A DNA stretch of 64,000 nucleotides from a virus. The translations under genes and the position numbers were made by a program. The notes beneath the pieces were generated by a model that had not been told where the DNA came from, ran no database searches, and was given only the letters and a program-made list of their open reading frames with translations. Below are positions 14,927 to 23,359 of this stretch, piece by piece. How positions within the stretch are numbered: position 1 is the stretch's first letter; every line of letters starts with the position of its first letter. The stretch covers positions 1-64,000 of the IMG/VR virus record IMGVR_UViG_3300036790_000500; one strand, given 5' to 3'.

Positions 14927-16436
14927 GATGCCCCGCACAGCGGGTGCCGTGGCTCCCGCCTTCCGAACCGCGTTGGACGCGGCGCGTCGGCATCGGGCCG
15001 ACTTCTCGGCCGATGAGTTCGCGGAGTGGTACGCCGACGCCGGCGGCCGGTCGTCCGAGGCCGGGAACATTGGCCAGGGCCTGAAGAGGTACGTGGCGCC
15101 CGCGGGGCAGAAGCCGGACGCGCTGCACCCCCTCATCGTCACCCGACAGGGAACCCGCGGTCGCGGCGGGAACAAGTCGCTCTTTCGGTATGCCTTCAAC
15201 GGTGAGAGCGTCCCGCGGAAGACGCCCCTGCCGCAGGAGCCCGGTGACGAGGGGAACGACGACGACCTCACTCCCGGCGAGTTCTCCTCCGAGCCGTGGG
15301 AGCCGGACGCGGACGACCCGACGGACGGCGGGGAGCACCAACCGGACGAGCAGCGGCCGCGGGCGCTTCCGGGCAACGACAAGATAAACAACGAGCCGGC
15401 CGGAGACGCGGACCAAGACGCCGGTGACGAGCCGAAGCCGGACGACGATGATGATGACTATGACGACGAGGAACCCGACGAGCCGGACGACGAACCGACG
15501 GACGCGGAGACCCAGTGGCTGCCGCAACCCGACCAGGACGGCAACTACGCCGAGAGTTCGATGTTCAAGTGCGCGGCCAAGGGCATGGGTCCGGAAAATC
15601 CCGTCTGGACGGAGATATCGAGGACGAACAACGACGTGGAGGCGCATCGCGTCGTTCGCAACAGGTTTCCAATTCAACTCCAACGACCGGCCATGGCCAT
15701 CGCCAAGGCCATCTTCCAGAACCTAAACAAGGACTGGGACAACGGCAAGGCGGAGACGCTCATTCGCACATGGGCAGGTCTCTTGGAGATGTACGGGCTC
15801 GGCGAGGGACCGGAGCGAGCAGAGCCGCTAAAGAAGCTAGTGGCGAAATGGGGTGAGGAGCCCTTCATCTACGCTGACCAACACTGGCCCAACGGCGGCG
15901 TCCAGTTCAAGCAAGACTACAATCGAGACCGACTCGTCGCAAACGTCAAGGGCGACGGTTGGTTCGAATGGACCAGCCGTCCCGGAGTCTTTCACAATTC
16001 GGAAGCGACTTGGGTGAAAATTGACAAGCCGAGTGTGGGTCGGGGAGAGCGCCATCGCCTCTACAACCAGCACATGAACGACTCCAACTACTGTCCTGAA
16101 TGCGGATACTACGGTAACGAGCACCTTCCCGAGGAGTGTCCCAACTGCAGTCCTGACGTTTGGGAGAGGCTCTACGGCGAACCCGAGGACGAGGGCAACG
16201 AGGGACTGGGAGAGGGCTTCTCTCTCCTCGAGGACTCGCCGGACGACGATGAGGTCCCGTCTCCCGAGAAGCGGGGCCGAATCTCCGTGGGTCGCGTCCT
16301 GCCGAACTACGGCCTCGATGAGTTCGTCGATGGAATGGACGAGCAACTCGGCATGTACACAGGCATCAGCGAGCCCGTTGACTTCGCTCAACGCGACGGC
16401 GAGAAGCGGGCCACCAAGCGCGGGTCGGGTCGCTGA
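14895..16436 (+). CDS. large acidic protein with Asp/Glu-rich linker and CPECG...CPNC Zn finger
   Basis: 513-aa ORF. Confidence 0.75.
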   Translation: MPKTPLTRLYEMPRTAGAVAPAFRTALDAARRHRADFSADEFAEWYADAGGRSSEAGNIGQGLKRYVAPAGQKPDALHPLIVTRQGTRGRGGNKSLFRYAFNGESVPRKTPLPQEPGDEGNDDDLTPGEFSSEPWEPDADDPTDGGEHQPDEQRPRALPGNDKINNEPAGDADQDAGDEPKPDDDDDDYDDEEPDEPDDEPTDAETQWLPQPDQDGNYAESSMFKCAAKGMGPENPVWTEISRTNNDVEAHRVVRNRFPIQLQRPAMAIAKAIFQNLNKDWDNGKAETLIRTWAGLLEMYGLGEGPERAEPLKKLVAKWGEEPFIYADQHWPNGGVQFKQDYNRDRLVANVKGDGWFEWTSRPGVFHNSEATWVKIDKPSVGRGERHRLYNQHMNDSNYCPECGYYGNEHLPEECPNCSPDVWERLYGEPEDEGNEGLGEGFSLLEDSPDDDEVPSPEKRGRISVGRVLPNYGLDEFVDGMDEQLGMYTGISEPVDFAQRDGEKRATKRGSGR

Positions 16437-16439
16437 TTA

Positions 16440-17015
16440 CTAGAAGAGAGAGCGGTACAGGTCGCGAGTGGCTCCCTCGCCGCTGCACTTCGGCTTAAAG
16501 TCACGAAGCAGTCCGCCCCAACCGACGGCGTAGGCGCAACGTGTGTAGAGCCCCAGGCGCTCTGGATAGCCAGCGAGGACCTCCGTGATGCACTCGTGCG
16601 GCTGCGTGTACCAGCAGTCCATCACGTGTGTTCCGTCCGGGTGCTTGATGCGTCCCGCGCCGAACGCGTTGTCTGCCGCCGTGAAGCCTCCGATGACGCC
16701 CCCTGGCATTCCTCGATTCAGACGCGTCACGGCGTTGGCCACGAATGCCTCACAGTCTTCCCGGGTCGGGAAGACCAAGTCAAGGTCCCCGTTTCTCGAC
16801 GGCTTCTCGAGGAACGCGGCTGGCAACCAGCACGCCGAGCCTGTGAGCCAGACGGGGCCGCAGATGACCTTCGGTTTATGACACTCCCGTAACAGCGACG
16901 TCAGGCTGTCGTCACAGAGCCGAACCCTGGGAGTTCGCACGACCCGTTCCAACATCTGAACCGCCTCACTGAGAGGCGGCAACTGCTTCGGTGACGGTCG
17001 AATCGGTTGGGTCAT
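16440..17015 (-). CDS. Pol-beta-superfamily nucleotidyltransferase (CCA/polyA head-like)
   Basis: WLTGS...GDLDLVF...MDCW motifs. Confidence 0.65.
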   Translation of the reverse strand: MTQPIRPSPKQLPPLSEAVQMLERVVRTPRVRLCDDSLTSLLRECHKPKVICGPVWLTGSACWLPAAFLEKPSRNGDLDLVFPTREDCEAFVANAVTRLNRGMPGGVIGGFTAADNAFGAGRIKHPDGTHVMDCWYTQPHECITEVLAGYPERLGLYTRCAYAVGWGGLLRDFKPKCSGEGATRDLYRSLF

Positions 17016-17017
17016 TC

Positions 17018-17440
17018 TCAGTCTTCCTTTCCCTTGTTCGCGAGTTTCATGAAGTTTATCAGTTGCGGAAACGGTAGCGCGCGGACGATGGGTCGGGCCG
17101 GGTGGCCGGCCAGGCGCTGCACCATCGCCACCGCGGCGGCCGGGTTACAGGTGTGAACGAAAATCTCCCGCGGCGGCGTCGCCATCGTCATGATGTGGTC
17201 GACCACGGCCATACCGGTGGCGACCTTGGTGGGAGCGCCCGGAACACTCATGATGTCGTCCTCGCTCAGGTCGTGGTCGAGGAACACCTGGTCGATGTCG
17301 CTCGGGTCCTGCAGGTCGCGAATGGCGTCCGCGGCCGTGAAGCACGCGTGCACGTTTAGTTCCTGGTCGACGGGTGTGTTCGCCATGAAGGCCTTATGTC
17401 GAGCGAGCATGTCGTCAAGGAAGAGCACAGTGGTGGCCAT
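17018..17440 (-). CDS. cyclic-phosphate-processing receiver-like domain protein, leaderless
   Basis: LFLDD..R, FLDHDL, TG, VHTCNP...M motifs; GTGGTATGAT 7 nt upstream. Confidence 0.8.
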   Translation of the reverse strand: MATTVLFLDDMLARHKAFMANTPVDQELNVHACFTAADAIRDLQDPSDIDQVFLDHDLSEDDIMSVPGAPTKVATGMAVVDHIMTMATPPREIFVHTCNPAAAVAMVQRLAGHPARPIVRALPFPQLINFMKLANKGKED

Positions 17441-17511
17441 GTTCAACATCATACCACGTAAAAATTGATGTACCAACCGCAACTTATTGTCATATAATGG
17501 TAGTTGCCAAT

Positions 17512-17826
17512 ATGATGGTAATTGAAAAGATGAAAGACGCGACCTATGACGCCGTTTGCGCCGTGGGCGCCGAGTTCGTGAAGGAACTCGTGCTCCTGCT
17601 GAAGTCCTTGGAACTCGGCATGGACAACGCTCCCGCCATCGTCGCGGTGGCCGCCGCCGGCATCACCAAGGGCTTCAACATCGACCCGGAGCAATTCGCT
17701 CAGATGGTGGCGAAGGCGCAGCACATGTGGCGCCTCGACGGCGACGGCAGCGTGAACTTCGACCCGCCGCACCTGCGGCCGGACTACGTGGCGCCGGCCC
17801 CGGCCCTCGTCAGCGCTGGAAACTGA
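17512..17826 (+). CDS. hypothetical protein
   Basis: TATAAT at 17493-17498; start uncertain. Confidence 0.65.
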   Translation: MMVIEKMKDATYDAVCAVGAEFVKELVLLLKSLELGMDNAPAIVAVAAAGITKGFNIDPEQFAQMVAKAQHMWRLDGDGSVNFDPPHLRPDYVAPAPALVSAGN

Positions 17827-17829
17827 ATC

Positions 17830-18153
17830 GTGACCGATGCTGCCGACGACGTCGTCAAGGTCGACTGGGGGGACGGCGTCAGCGCCCTCGACCGCGTGAT
17901 GCGAACCATCACAATGGCTGCAGACGGTGCCATCAAGGAACTCATCAATCGTGGATATGACCGCGCGGCCGACCACATTACGATTGAGCAGCACTCCGAG
18001 GACACGTTTCCCGTGTGGATTAGATGCCGGGGTCGACGCGTCTACGAAATCAACATCGCGAACGTCGATGGGGTCGTAGCCGTTCGCGGCAGTTGGCTGA
18101 GGCTTGGGCGATGGGCCCGCTGGAGAATGCGCGTGCAGGGCCGGGATGCCTGA
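17830..18153 (+). CDS. hypothetical protein
   Basis: In operon. Confidence 0.6.
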   Translation: MTDAADDVVKVDWGDGVSALDRVMRTITMAADGAIKELINRGYDRAADHITIEQHSEDTFPVWIRCRGRRVYEINIANVDGVVAVRGSWLRLGRWARWRMRVQGRDA

Positions 18154-18955
18154 ACTTCCAGAGGTAGACGCCATCACCGGTGTGGTTCGGAAATACGCCG
18201 TGGGTGACGTCATTCGAAGGGTTCAGGTGCTGCGGGGTCCTCACTACTTCAGTGACTCGCCGGGACTCCACGTCACCCAGTGGCCCGTCGACTCGGTTTA
18301 TCGCATCGGTAAGCAAGTTGTAATGCAGTCGTCGTGGGGCGGGTTCGAGGACAACGTCAGTTACGTCGTCACCCATAACGCGATGACGGGATACTTCGAT
18401 TGGGAACACGAGCCGTGGACCTTCGACTACGTCGAAGGCAAGCGTTCGTCGACCCCGTCGGACGTTCGTGTCCTTCTCACGTTTGAGAGCGGTCGAGTAC
18501 TTCGATTCCATGACGTTCGACTGTTCGGTCGGATGGACTACAGCGAGAGCCTTCCTTCCGGCGTCGGTCCTGAACTCATGAGAACTCCGAACATGATGCC
18601 GGGGCTTCGAGTAATCACGCTTCGACAGTTCGCGACGCTGCTGGAGTCGAACTGGCCCGTGAAGTCACTGCTGATGCAGCAGTCATTCGTCGCGGGCCTC
18701 GGCAACATCTACGCCAATGAGGGCTGTCACCTCGCGGGACTGGACCCTCGAACCCGAGCCTGCGAGGTCCGGCCCCACCTTGTTCCGGTGCTGCTGGAGG
18801 CCCTACGGTGTGTCGTGTCCCACTCCATCCCGACCGTGAGGTATGACTGGCTGAACGTATACCGGCGCACTCGATGTGGGACGTGTGACCGTCAGGTCAC
18901 GCGAATAAACCTCAAGGGACGAGCCACTTTCATTTGCGAAGGATGTCAATCATGA
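18146..18955 (+). CDS. mutM: Fpg/Nei family DNA glycosylase/AP lyase
   Basis: MPELPEV, RIGK, H.AMTG, FHDVRLFG, GLGNIYANE and C-terminal C4 Zn finger. Confidence 0.93.
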   Translation: MPELPEVDAITGVVRKYAVGDVIRRVQVLRGPHYFSDSPGLHVTQWPVDSVYRIGKQVVMQSSWGGFEDNVSYVVTHNAMTGYFDWEHEPWTFDYVEGKRSSTPSDVRVLLTFESGRVLRFHDVRLFGRMDYSESLPSGVGPELMRTPNMMPGLRVITLRQFATLLESNWPVKSLLMQQSFVAGLGNIYANEGCHLAGLDPRTRACEVRPHLVPVLLEALRCVVSHSIPTVRYDWLNVYRRTRCGTCDRQVTRINLKGRATFICEGCQS

Positions 18956-19158
18956 AAAAAGAAGCGCGTATTCATCTCAACAGGCATGCTCCGCTTCATC
19001 GACCGTCCGCAGTCCTCGGTTTCACGCTTGAAGAGGGTGACGAGTTGCGGGAGACCGATGTCTATGACAGCACCTCGGGAAACTGGGAGTCCTGCCCCTG
19101 TCCGGGTAATAAAGTCGGCGCTGGCATGGTGACTGTCTGGGTCCGCCCGGAGCAGTAG
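18952..19158 (+). CDS. hypothetical protein
   Basis: ATGA overlap with the Fpg gene. Confidence 0.6.
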   Translation: MKKEARIHLNRHAPLHRPSAVLGFTLEEGDELRETDVYDSTSGNWESCPCPGNKVGAGMVTVWVRPEQ

Positions 19159-19308
19159 AGGCCGTGCGAACCGATGCCTGGTGGGTCTGTCACTGCGGCG
19201 TTCCCGTCTCTAGGGTCGGGAAGAAGGCCTTCGGCGACAAGTGGCGAGAGCACCTCAGGGTTTGCACAGGCCCTTCGGGCTGCTCTATTCAGCAGGTTCC
19301 CCAGCGCC

Positions 19309-19719
19309 GTGACCAGCACTGAGTTCTCGCCGCTAAATCTCTTTCAGGAGCGCTATCGAGGGGAGCCCTGGCGGGTGCTTTGCTGCTGCATCTGCTTGAA
19401 CCTCTGCACGGGCACCGCGTTTGAGGCGGTTCACGAGGACCTCTTCGCGCTATGGCCGACTCCGGAGCGAATGGCACTCGCGAGCCCAGACCTCGAGGTC
19501 CTGCTCAGCCAACTCGGATTACAGAATAGACGGGCTCGCTCCCTTCGCAGTATGTCAGCGGCCTATCCACTCTGGGATAGAGTGGACCCGACAGTTCTAC
19601 CGGGAATAGGTGAGTACGGCGCCCACTCCTACCTCATATTCATCCGAGGACAACTGGATGTCCTTCCCAAGGATAAAGAGTTGAGAAAGTTCCTCGAATG
19701 GATGAAGAGCAGAAGTTAA
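19309..19719 (+). CDS. MBD4-like HhH DNA glycosylase domain
   Basis: SPLNLFQE...PWRVL...LN.CTG, LGLQNRRA, LPGIGEYGAHSY.IF and PKDKEL parallel the MBD4 glycosylase domain. Confidence 0.85.
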   Translation: MTSTEFSPLNLFQERYRGEPWRVLCCCICLNLCTGTAFEAVHEDLFALWPTPERMALASPDLEVLLSQLGLQNRRARSLRSMSAAYPLWDRVDPTVLPGIGEYGAHSYLIFIRGQLDVLPKDKELRKFLEWMKSRS

Positions 19720-19976
19720 ACCCGCTGGAGACCGTTGCTGCGGAGATGACGCAGCACTCCGGTATGACTGAGGATGAGATGAGAGTCGCCTTGACCGGCG
19801 TCCTTAATCACCTCCAGCGTCGAGCCCAGATAGCCCTAAGAGCACACCCTGACTCAGACGACGCGACGCGTATGGCCAATGAATACCGAGCGGTGTCTGA
19901 GGTCGTGAACGTCTTCGGAACGCAACTCATAGCGTTCGAGGACATCGAGCGTCATGCCGCAGGAATCCCGAACTAG
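19698..19976 (+). CDS. hypothetical protein
   Basis: In operon. Confidence 0.6.
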   Translation: MDEEQKLNPLETVAAEMTQHSGMTEDEMRVALTGVLNHLQRRAQIALRAHPDSDDATRMANEYRAVSEVVNVFGTQLIAFEDIERHAAGIPN

Positions 19977-20292
19977 GCTCGAGCAGCACAGGGAGTCCTT
20001 TACCCTCGCGGGTGGCGTCGGCGAACTGCTGCGGGTCGATGACCTCCACGACGACGAGTTAGCGATTATTAACCGCACGTTCTTCGAACGAATCCGGGAG
20101 ATTGCGCCGGACGACCTCAGCGGCATCTACGCCGCGTACCTCCAGACGCTACATGAGTGGGGCGTCATGTGCCCCCATCCACGTGAGTTGCGGTTGTATG
20201 ATGGATGGCGGAAGAGCGACGTCCCCCTTCCCTCCACCGAGTCCCGGTGGTACGAGTGCGGCCTCTGTCGGGCCGCGGTCATCAACGCGTGA
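19954..20292 (+). CDS. hypothetical protein with CPH...CGLC Zn site
   Basis: In operon. Confidence 0.65.
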   Translation: MPQESRTRLEQHRESFTLAGGVGELLRVDDLHDDELAIINRTFFERIREIAPDDLSGIYAAYLQTLHEWGVMCPHPRELRLYDGWRKSDVPLPSTESRWYECGLCRAAVINA

Positions 20293-20301
20293 GGAGTTGC
20301 C

Positions 20302-20757
20302 GTGGCTGAGCGAACCTTCATCATTCAACGTTACAGCGGCGAGAACTGGTCCATGGTCATGGGTGAGTTGCCGTTCCTCGTTACCGGACCGAATTTCAAG
20401 AGCATCGTCGTGCCGGGCTCCTTGGCCCAACACCTTGAGTATCGCTTCATTCAACCGTTCGTTCTGCTCCTCCGTGACCTCGAGGACATCGGTGACCCGT
20501 TGCTGCAGCGTGAGGCGGCCGCTGAGTTCCTCCTAACGGAGGGGTTCGTACAGGCCCTTTGGTCCGTGGACCCGACGACGGTCTGCTCACCTGAGTTGCG
20601 ATGGAAGGTGGCGAACGACCAACTCGCTCGGGAGATTCCCCGCGCTTGGCCCATCGCTCGCTCGGTCGTTGAACTGCTTTCAGGCATGTCGGCTCCGGAG
20701 TATCGCCGCTCGTACGTCTCAGAGGACGGCCTTCGGCTCGAGGCCATGGAGCCATAG
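20302..20757 (+). CDS. hypothetical protein
   Basis: GAGGAG RBS. Confidence 0.7.
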   Translation: MAERTFIIQRYSGENWSMVMGELPFLVTGPNFKSIVVPGSLAQHLEYRFIQPFVLLLRDLEDIGDPLLQREAAAEFLLTEGFVQALWSVDPTTVCSPELRWKVANDQLAREIPRAWPIARSVVELLSGMSAPEYRRSYVSEDGLRLEAMEP

Positions 20758-20760
20758 AGC

Positions 20761-21018
20761 CTGCTGCCGTACCTTCTCATCTTCCTCTGTGCAACCGTCC
20801 TCGAGGTCGGTTGGGTCGCGTCGGTTCGACTGGTCGGTCAACGGAACGCGGCGGTGCTCGTGCTGTCCGCGATGCTGATGCAGGGCATCGCTTACTACTC
20901 CATGCTAATCCTAGTCCATGACAGTTTTACCATGTGGTCAGGAGTGCTCGGGGCCGGTGTGGGAGCGCTTGTCGGGTTGCGGATTCCCGAGCGCTGGCTA
21001 AGCCACGAGCGAAACTAA
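20761..21018 (+). CDS. small 3-TM membrane protein missing from the ORF track (probable CTG start)
   Basis: Open frame LLPYLLIFLCATVLEVGW...GAGVGALVG...; GGAG 9 nt upstream of the CTG. Confidence 0.6.
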   Translation: MLPYLLIFLCATVLEVGWVASVRLVGQRNAAVLVLSAMLMQGIAYYSMLILVHDSFTMWSGVLGAGVGALVGLRIPERWLSHERN

Positions 21019-21055
21019 TGTTGTTTTTCGTCGTCCAGCGACATATAATAGTCCT

Positions 21056-21227
21056 GTAACCCGATGTTGCTCTCAGTCACATATACGCTGTCGACCAATT
21101 GCCGGTCGTGGTCCCCCATGGGGATTACCGACAAGCACGGCGAACAGCGCCTTGTGAACGCCTTCACGGCGTGACTTAGAGAGCCCGGGAGACCAACACA
21201 TCTTTCCATCCCGGGCAACACCGGGAT
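21056..21227 (+). ncRNA. structured rod-like RNA, 6S-like
   Basis: TATAAT at 21044-21049; nested pairings CCCG/CGGG, TGTTG/CAACA, AGTCAC/GTGACT, CGCTGT/ACAGCG, GGTCCCC/GGGGATT around a central bubble. Confidence 0.55.
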
Positions 21228-21263
21228 AGGATGGTCCTGTAACCCTTTGATGAGGAGGACGAT

Positions 21264-21800
21264 GTGCTGGAGAAGAAGTGGAAGGCCCTGACGGGCGCTG
21301 AGGTTGACCTGAAGCGGGTCGTCGAGGAGGAACTCGCGCTCTATCCCGGTGCCGAACTCCACGTCGGCTCTGACAGCCAGCAGGTGGGTCAGAACACCGA
21401 GTACGTCACCGTGGCGGTCATCCATCGCCCGGGAAAGGGCGGTCGGGTCTTCTTCTGCCGTGAGCGCATTCCACGAGTAAAGGAGTTGCGTGAGCGACTA
21501 TGGAAGGAGGTCTGGCGGTCGACGGAACTCGCGATGGAACTCACCGCGACGCCGGACATCGGAACGGCTCCTGAGGTGGTTGTGGCGGCCATCCACATCG
21601 ACGCCAACGTCGACCCCCGGCACAAGTCCTCGAAGTACGTGGAGGAACTCGTGGGGCTCGTCATGGGCCAGGGCTTCAACGCCATGGTCAAGCCGGAGTC
21701 ATGGGCAGCGAGCCACGCGGCTGACCACGCGGTGAAGGGAAAGAACGAGGCCTCTCACAGGAAGCCGCACTCGCAGCCACGAAGGAACACTGGAAGGTAA
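21264..21800 (+). CDS. ribonuclease H-like YkuK (DUF458) family protein
   Basis: HVGSDSQ, IHIDAN...HKSS, KPESWAASHAADH. Confidence 0.85.
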   Translation: MLEKKWKALTGAEVDLKRVVEEELALYPGAELHVGSDSQQVGQNTEYVTVAVIHRPGKGGRVFFCRERIPRVKELRERLWKEVWRSTELAMELTATPDIGTAPEVVVAAIHIDANVDPRHKSSKYVEELVGLVMGQGFNAMVKPESWAASHAADHAVKGKNEASHRKPHSQPRRNTGR

Positions 21801-21877
21801 GAGCCGAACGGGTCGGCTTCCGCTCTCGAAAAGCGGCTACCCCTAAGACGGGTCGGGTTCAATCCCTGTATCTTCCG
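21792..21877 (+). tRNA. tRNA-Ser(CGA)
   Basis: Cloverleaf, CCGCT-CTCGAAA-AGCGG, long variable arm. Confidence 0.8.
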
Positions 21878-21937
21878 CGTCTCTCTGAAAACTGAATAGA
21901 TGACATGCATCGCGGTCCAGAGAAGGACCGCAAACTT

Positions 21938-22014
21938 GGTGGTACTGGTGTAGCGGCCCTGCACACCTCACTGTGACTGAGAAGGTACCGGTTCGACCCC
22001 GGTGTATCACCCCA
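21938..22014 (+). tRNA. tRNA-His(GTG)
   Basis: G-1:C73, CCA encoded. Confidence 0.9.
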
Positions 22015-22015
22015 A

Positions 22016-22087
22016 GCGGACGACGAGACAGGCCTACGGGTCGACCTCAAACGTCGACTGATGCCGGTTCGAATCCGGCCGTCCGCA
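22016..22087 (+). tRNA. atypical tRNA-Leu(CAA): short variable arm, degenerate D arm
   Basis: GCGGACG/CGTCCGC; TCGAC-CTCAAAC-GTCGA; canonical T arm. Confidence 0.7.
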
Positions 22088-22092
22088 CGATT

Positions 22093-22169
22093 GCCCTCGA
22101 AGTTCAGTCTGGTAGAACACACGCTTGGTAAGCGCGAGGATGCCGGTTCAATGCCGGTCGAGGGCTCCA
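22093..22169 (+). tRNA. tRNA-Thr(GGT)
   Basis: Cloverleaf, CCA. Confidence 0.9.
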
Positions 22170-22170
22170 T

Positions 22171-22246
22171 GGGTCATTGGCGTAACGGACAAGCGTACTC
22201 GGCTTTTACCCGAGCGGTGGGGGTTCAACTCCCTCATGACCCACCA
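22171..22246 (+). tRNA. tRNA-Lys(TTT)
   Basis: Cloverleaf, CCA. Confidence 0.9.
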
Positions 22247-22252
22247 TTTCAT

Positions 22253-22326
22253 GCCCACGTAGTTCAACGGAAGAATGTCCGTTTCGTAATCGGACGACGC
22301 CGGCTCAACTCCGGCCGTGGGCTCCA
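22253..22326 (+). tRNA. tRNA-Thr(CGT)
   Basis: Cloverleaf, CCA. Confidence 0.88.
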
Positions 22327-22401
22327 AAAGTGATACGACCCGTCATGAGACGGCCGGGGTCAACTTCACCGTTGCGGTCTTTACCCTTGGGACCGCACCA
22401 T

Positions 22402-22475
22402 TGAGGAGTGGTGTAATTGGTAACACAGTACCCTCTGAAGGTAACAGATTGTGGGTTCAAATCCTACCTCCTCAA
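22402..22475 (+). tRNA. tRNA-Gln(CTG)
   Basis: Cloverleaf. Confidence 0.88.
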
Positions 22476-22486
22476 CTAATTACCCT

Positions 22487-23182
22487 GTGCCAACCTGTGA
22501 ACATTGCAGCAACGAGCATGATGGGTCTTATGCGACTGGAAGATTCTGTGCTGAATTTTGTTACAGACAGTTCGTCACGGCCAAGGGGAATGCAAAACTG
22601 TCCCAGAAATGGGACTCGATTCATGCTTCATACGATTCGAATCCGAACCGTTGTAAAGAATGCGATGAAGCATTGTCTTTTAGACGACGAAACAAACCCT
22701 TCTGCAGCAAGAAATGCTCATCGAAGCACAGTAACAAAGGGAAATTCTGGGCTAAACCGAAACAGTGTCGACGCTGCAGTAATCCAGCAACAAAAGGCAG
22801 CGTACTCTGTGAAAGGTGCAGGGATTCTCATTTGAAGAGGACGAGCCCAGACAAAAAGTTCATCGTGGCTAAAAAGGGTGGAAAACCACCACGAAATGCC
22901 TTGCTGATGATTCGCGAATATCGATGCGAAGGCGAAGGCTGCGGACTGACTGGTATGTGGCTCGGAAAACCACTCACACTCCACTTTGACCACATAAACG
23001 GTGATAGACGAGACCACCGCTTGGGAAACATTCGCTGGCTCTGCCCAAACTGTCATAGTCAGACAGAAACGTACGCAGGGAGAAACATTGCTTCCGCAAG
23101 ATTGAAACGCTTTTCAGGTGTACAGGCACAGACCCACGACTTTGAATCGACGGCGTCAGAGGGTTCGACTCCTTCCACCTGA
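22487..23182 (+). CDS. free-standing HNH homing endonuclease with N-terminal Zn-finger repeats
   Basis: LHFDHINGDRRDHRLGNIRWLCPNCHSQT; FCSKKC motifs; lower GC than flanks; start uncertain. Confidence 0.88.
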   Translation: MPTCEHCSNEHDGSYATGRFCAEFCYRQFVTAKGNAKLSQKWDSIHASYDSNPNRCKECDEALSFRRRNKPFCSKKCSSKHSNKGKFWAKPKQCRRCSNPATKGSVLCERCRDSHLKRTSPDKKFIVAKKGGKPPRNALLMIREYRCEGEGCGLTGMWLGKPLTLHFDHINGDRRDHRLGNIRWLCPNCHSQTETYAGRNIASARLKRFSGVQAQTHDFESTASEGSTPST

Positions 23183-23186
23183 ACCA
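23114..23186 (+). tRNA. atypical tRNA-Gln(TTG), overlapping the HNH 3' end
   Basis: TCAGGTG/CACCTGA + ACCA, T arm, CTTTGAA loop; weak D arm. Confidence 0.65.
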
Positions 23187-23194
23187 ATTTTTTT

Positions 23195-23267
23195 GCTGAC
23201 GTGGTATAGTGGCAATTACTTCTGCCTTGTAAGCAGCACAACCTCGGTTCGAGTCCGAGCGTCAGCT
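23195..23267 (+). tRNA. tRNA-Thr(TGT)
   Basis: Cloverleaf. Confidence 0.88.
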
Positions 23268-23274
23268 TAGTTCT

Positions 23275-23352
23275 GTACTCCTAGCGTCACTGGTGAATTG
23301 CATTAGTCTGTTAAACTAAGAGAGGTGGGTTCGATTCCCACGGAGTACGCCA
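23275..23352 (+). tRNA. tRNA-Asn(GTT)
   Basis: Cloverleaf, CCA. Confidence 0.85.
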
Positions 23353-23359
23353 AGTTTAT

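Noticed and set aside
20755-20757. Genome-wide TAG recoding
   Set aside because: No CTA-anticodon tRNA; many genes end in TAG followed by new starts, and long genes are not fragmented.
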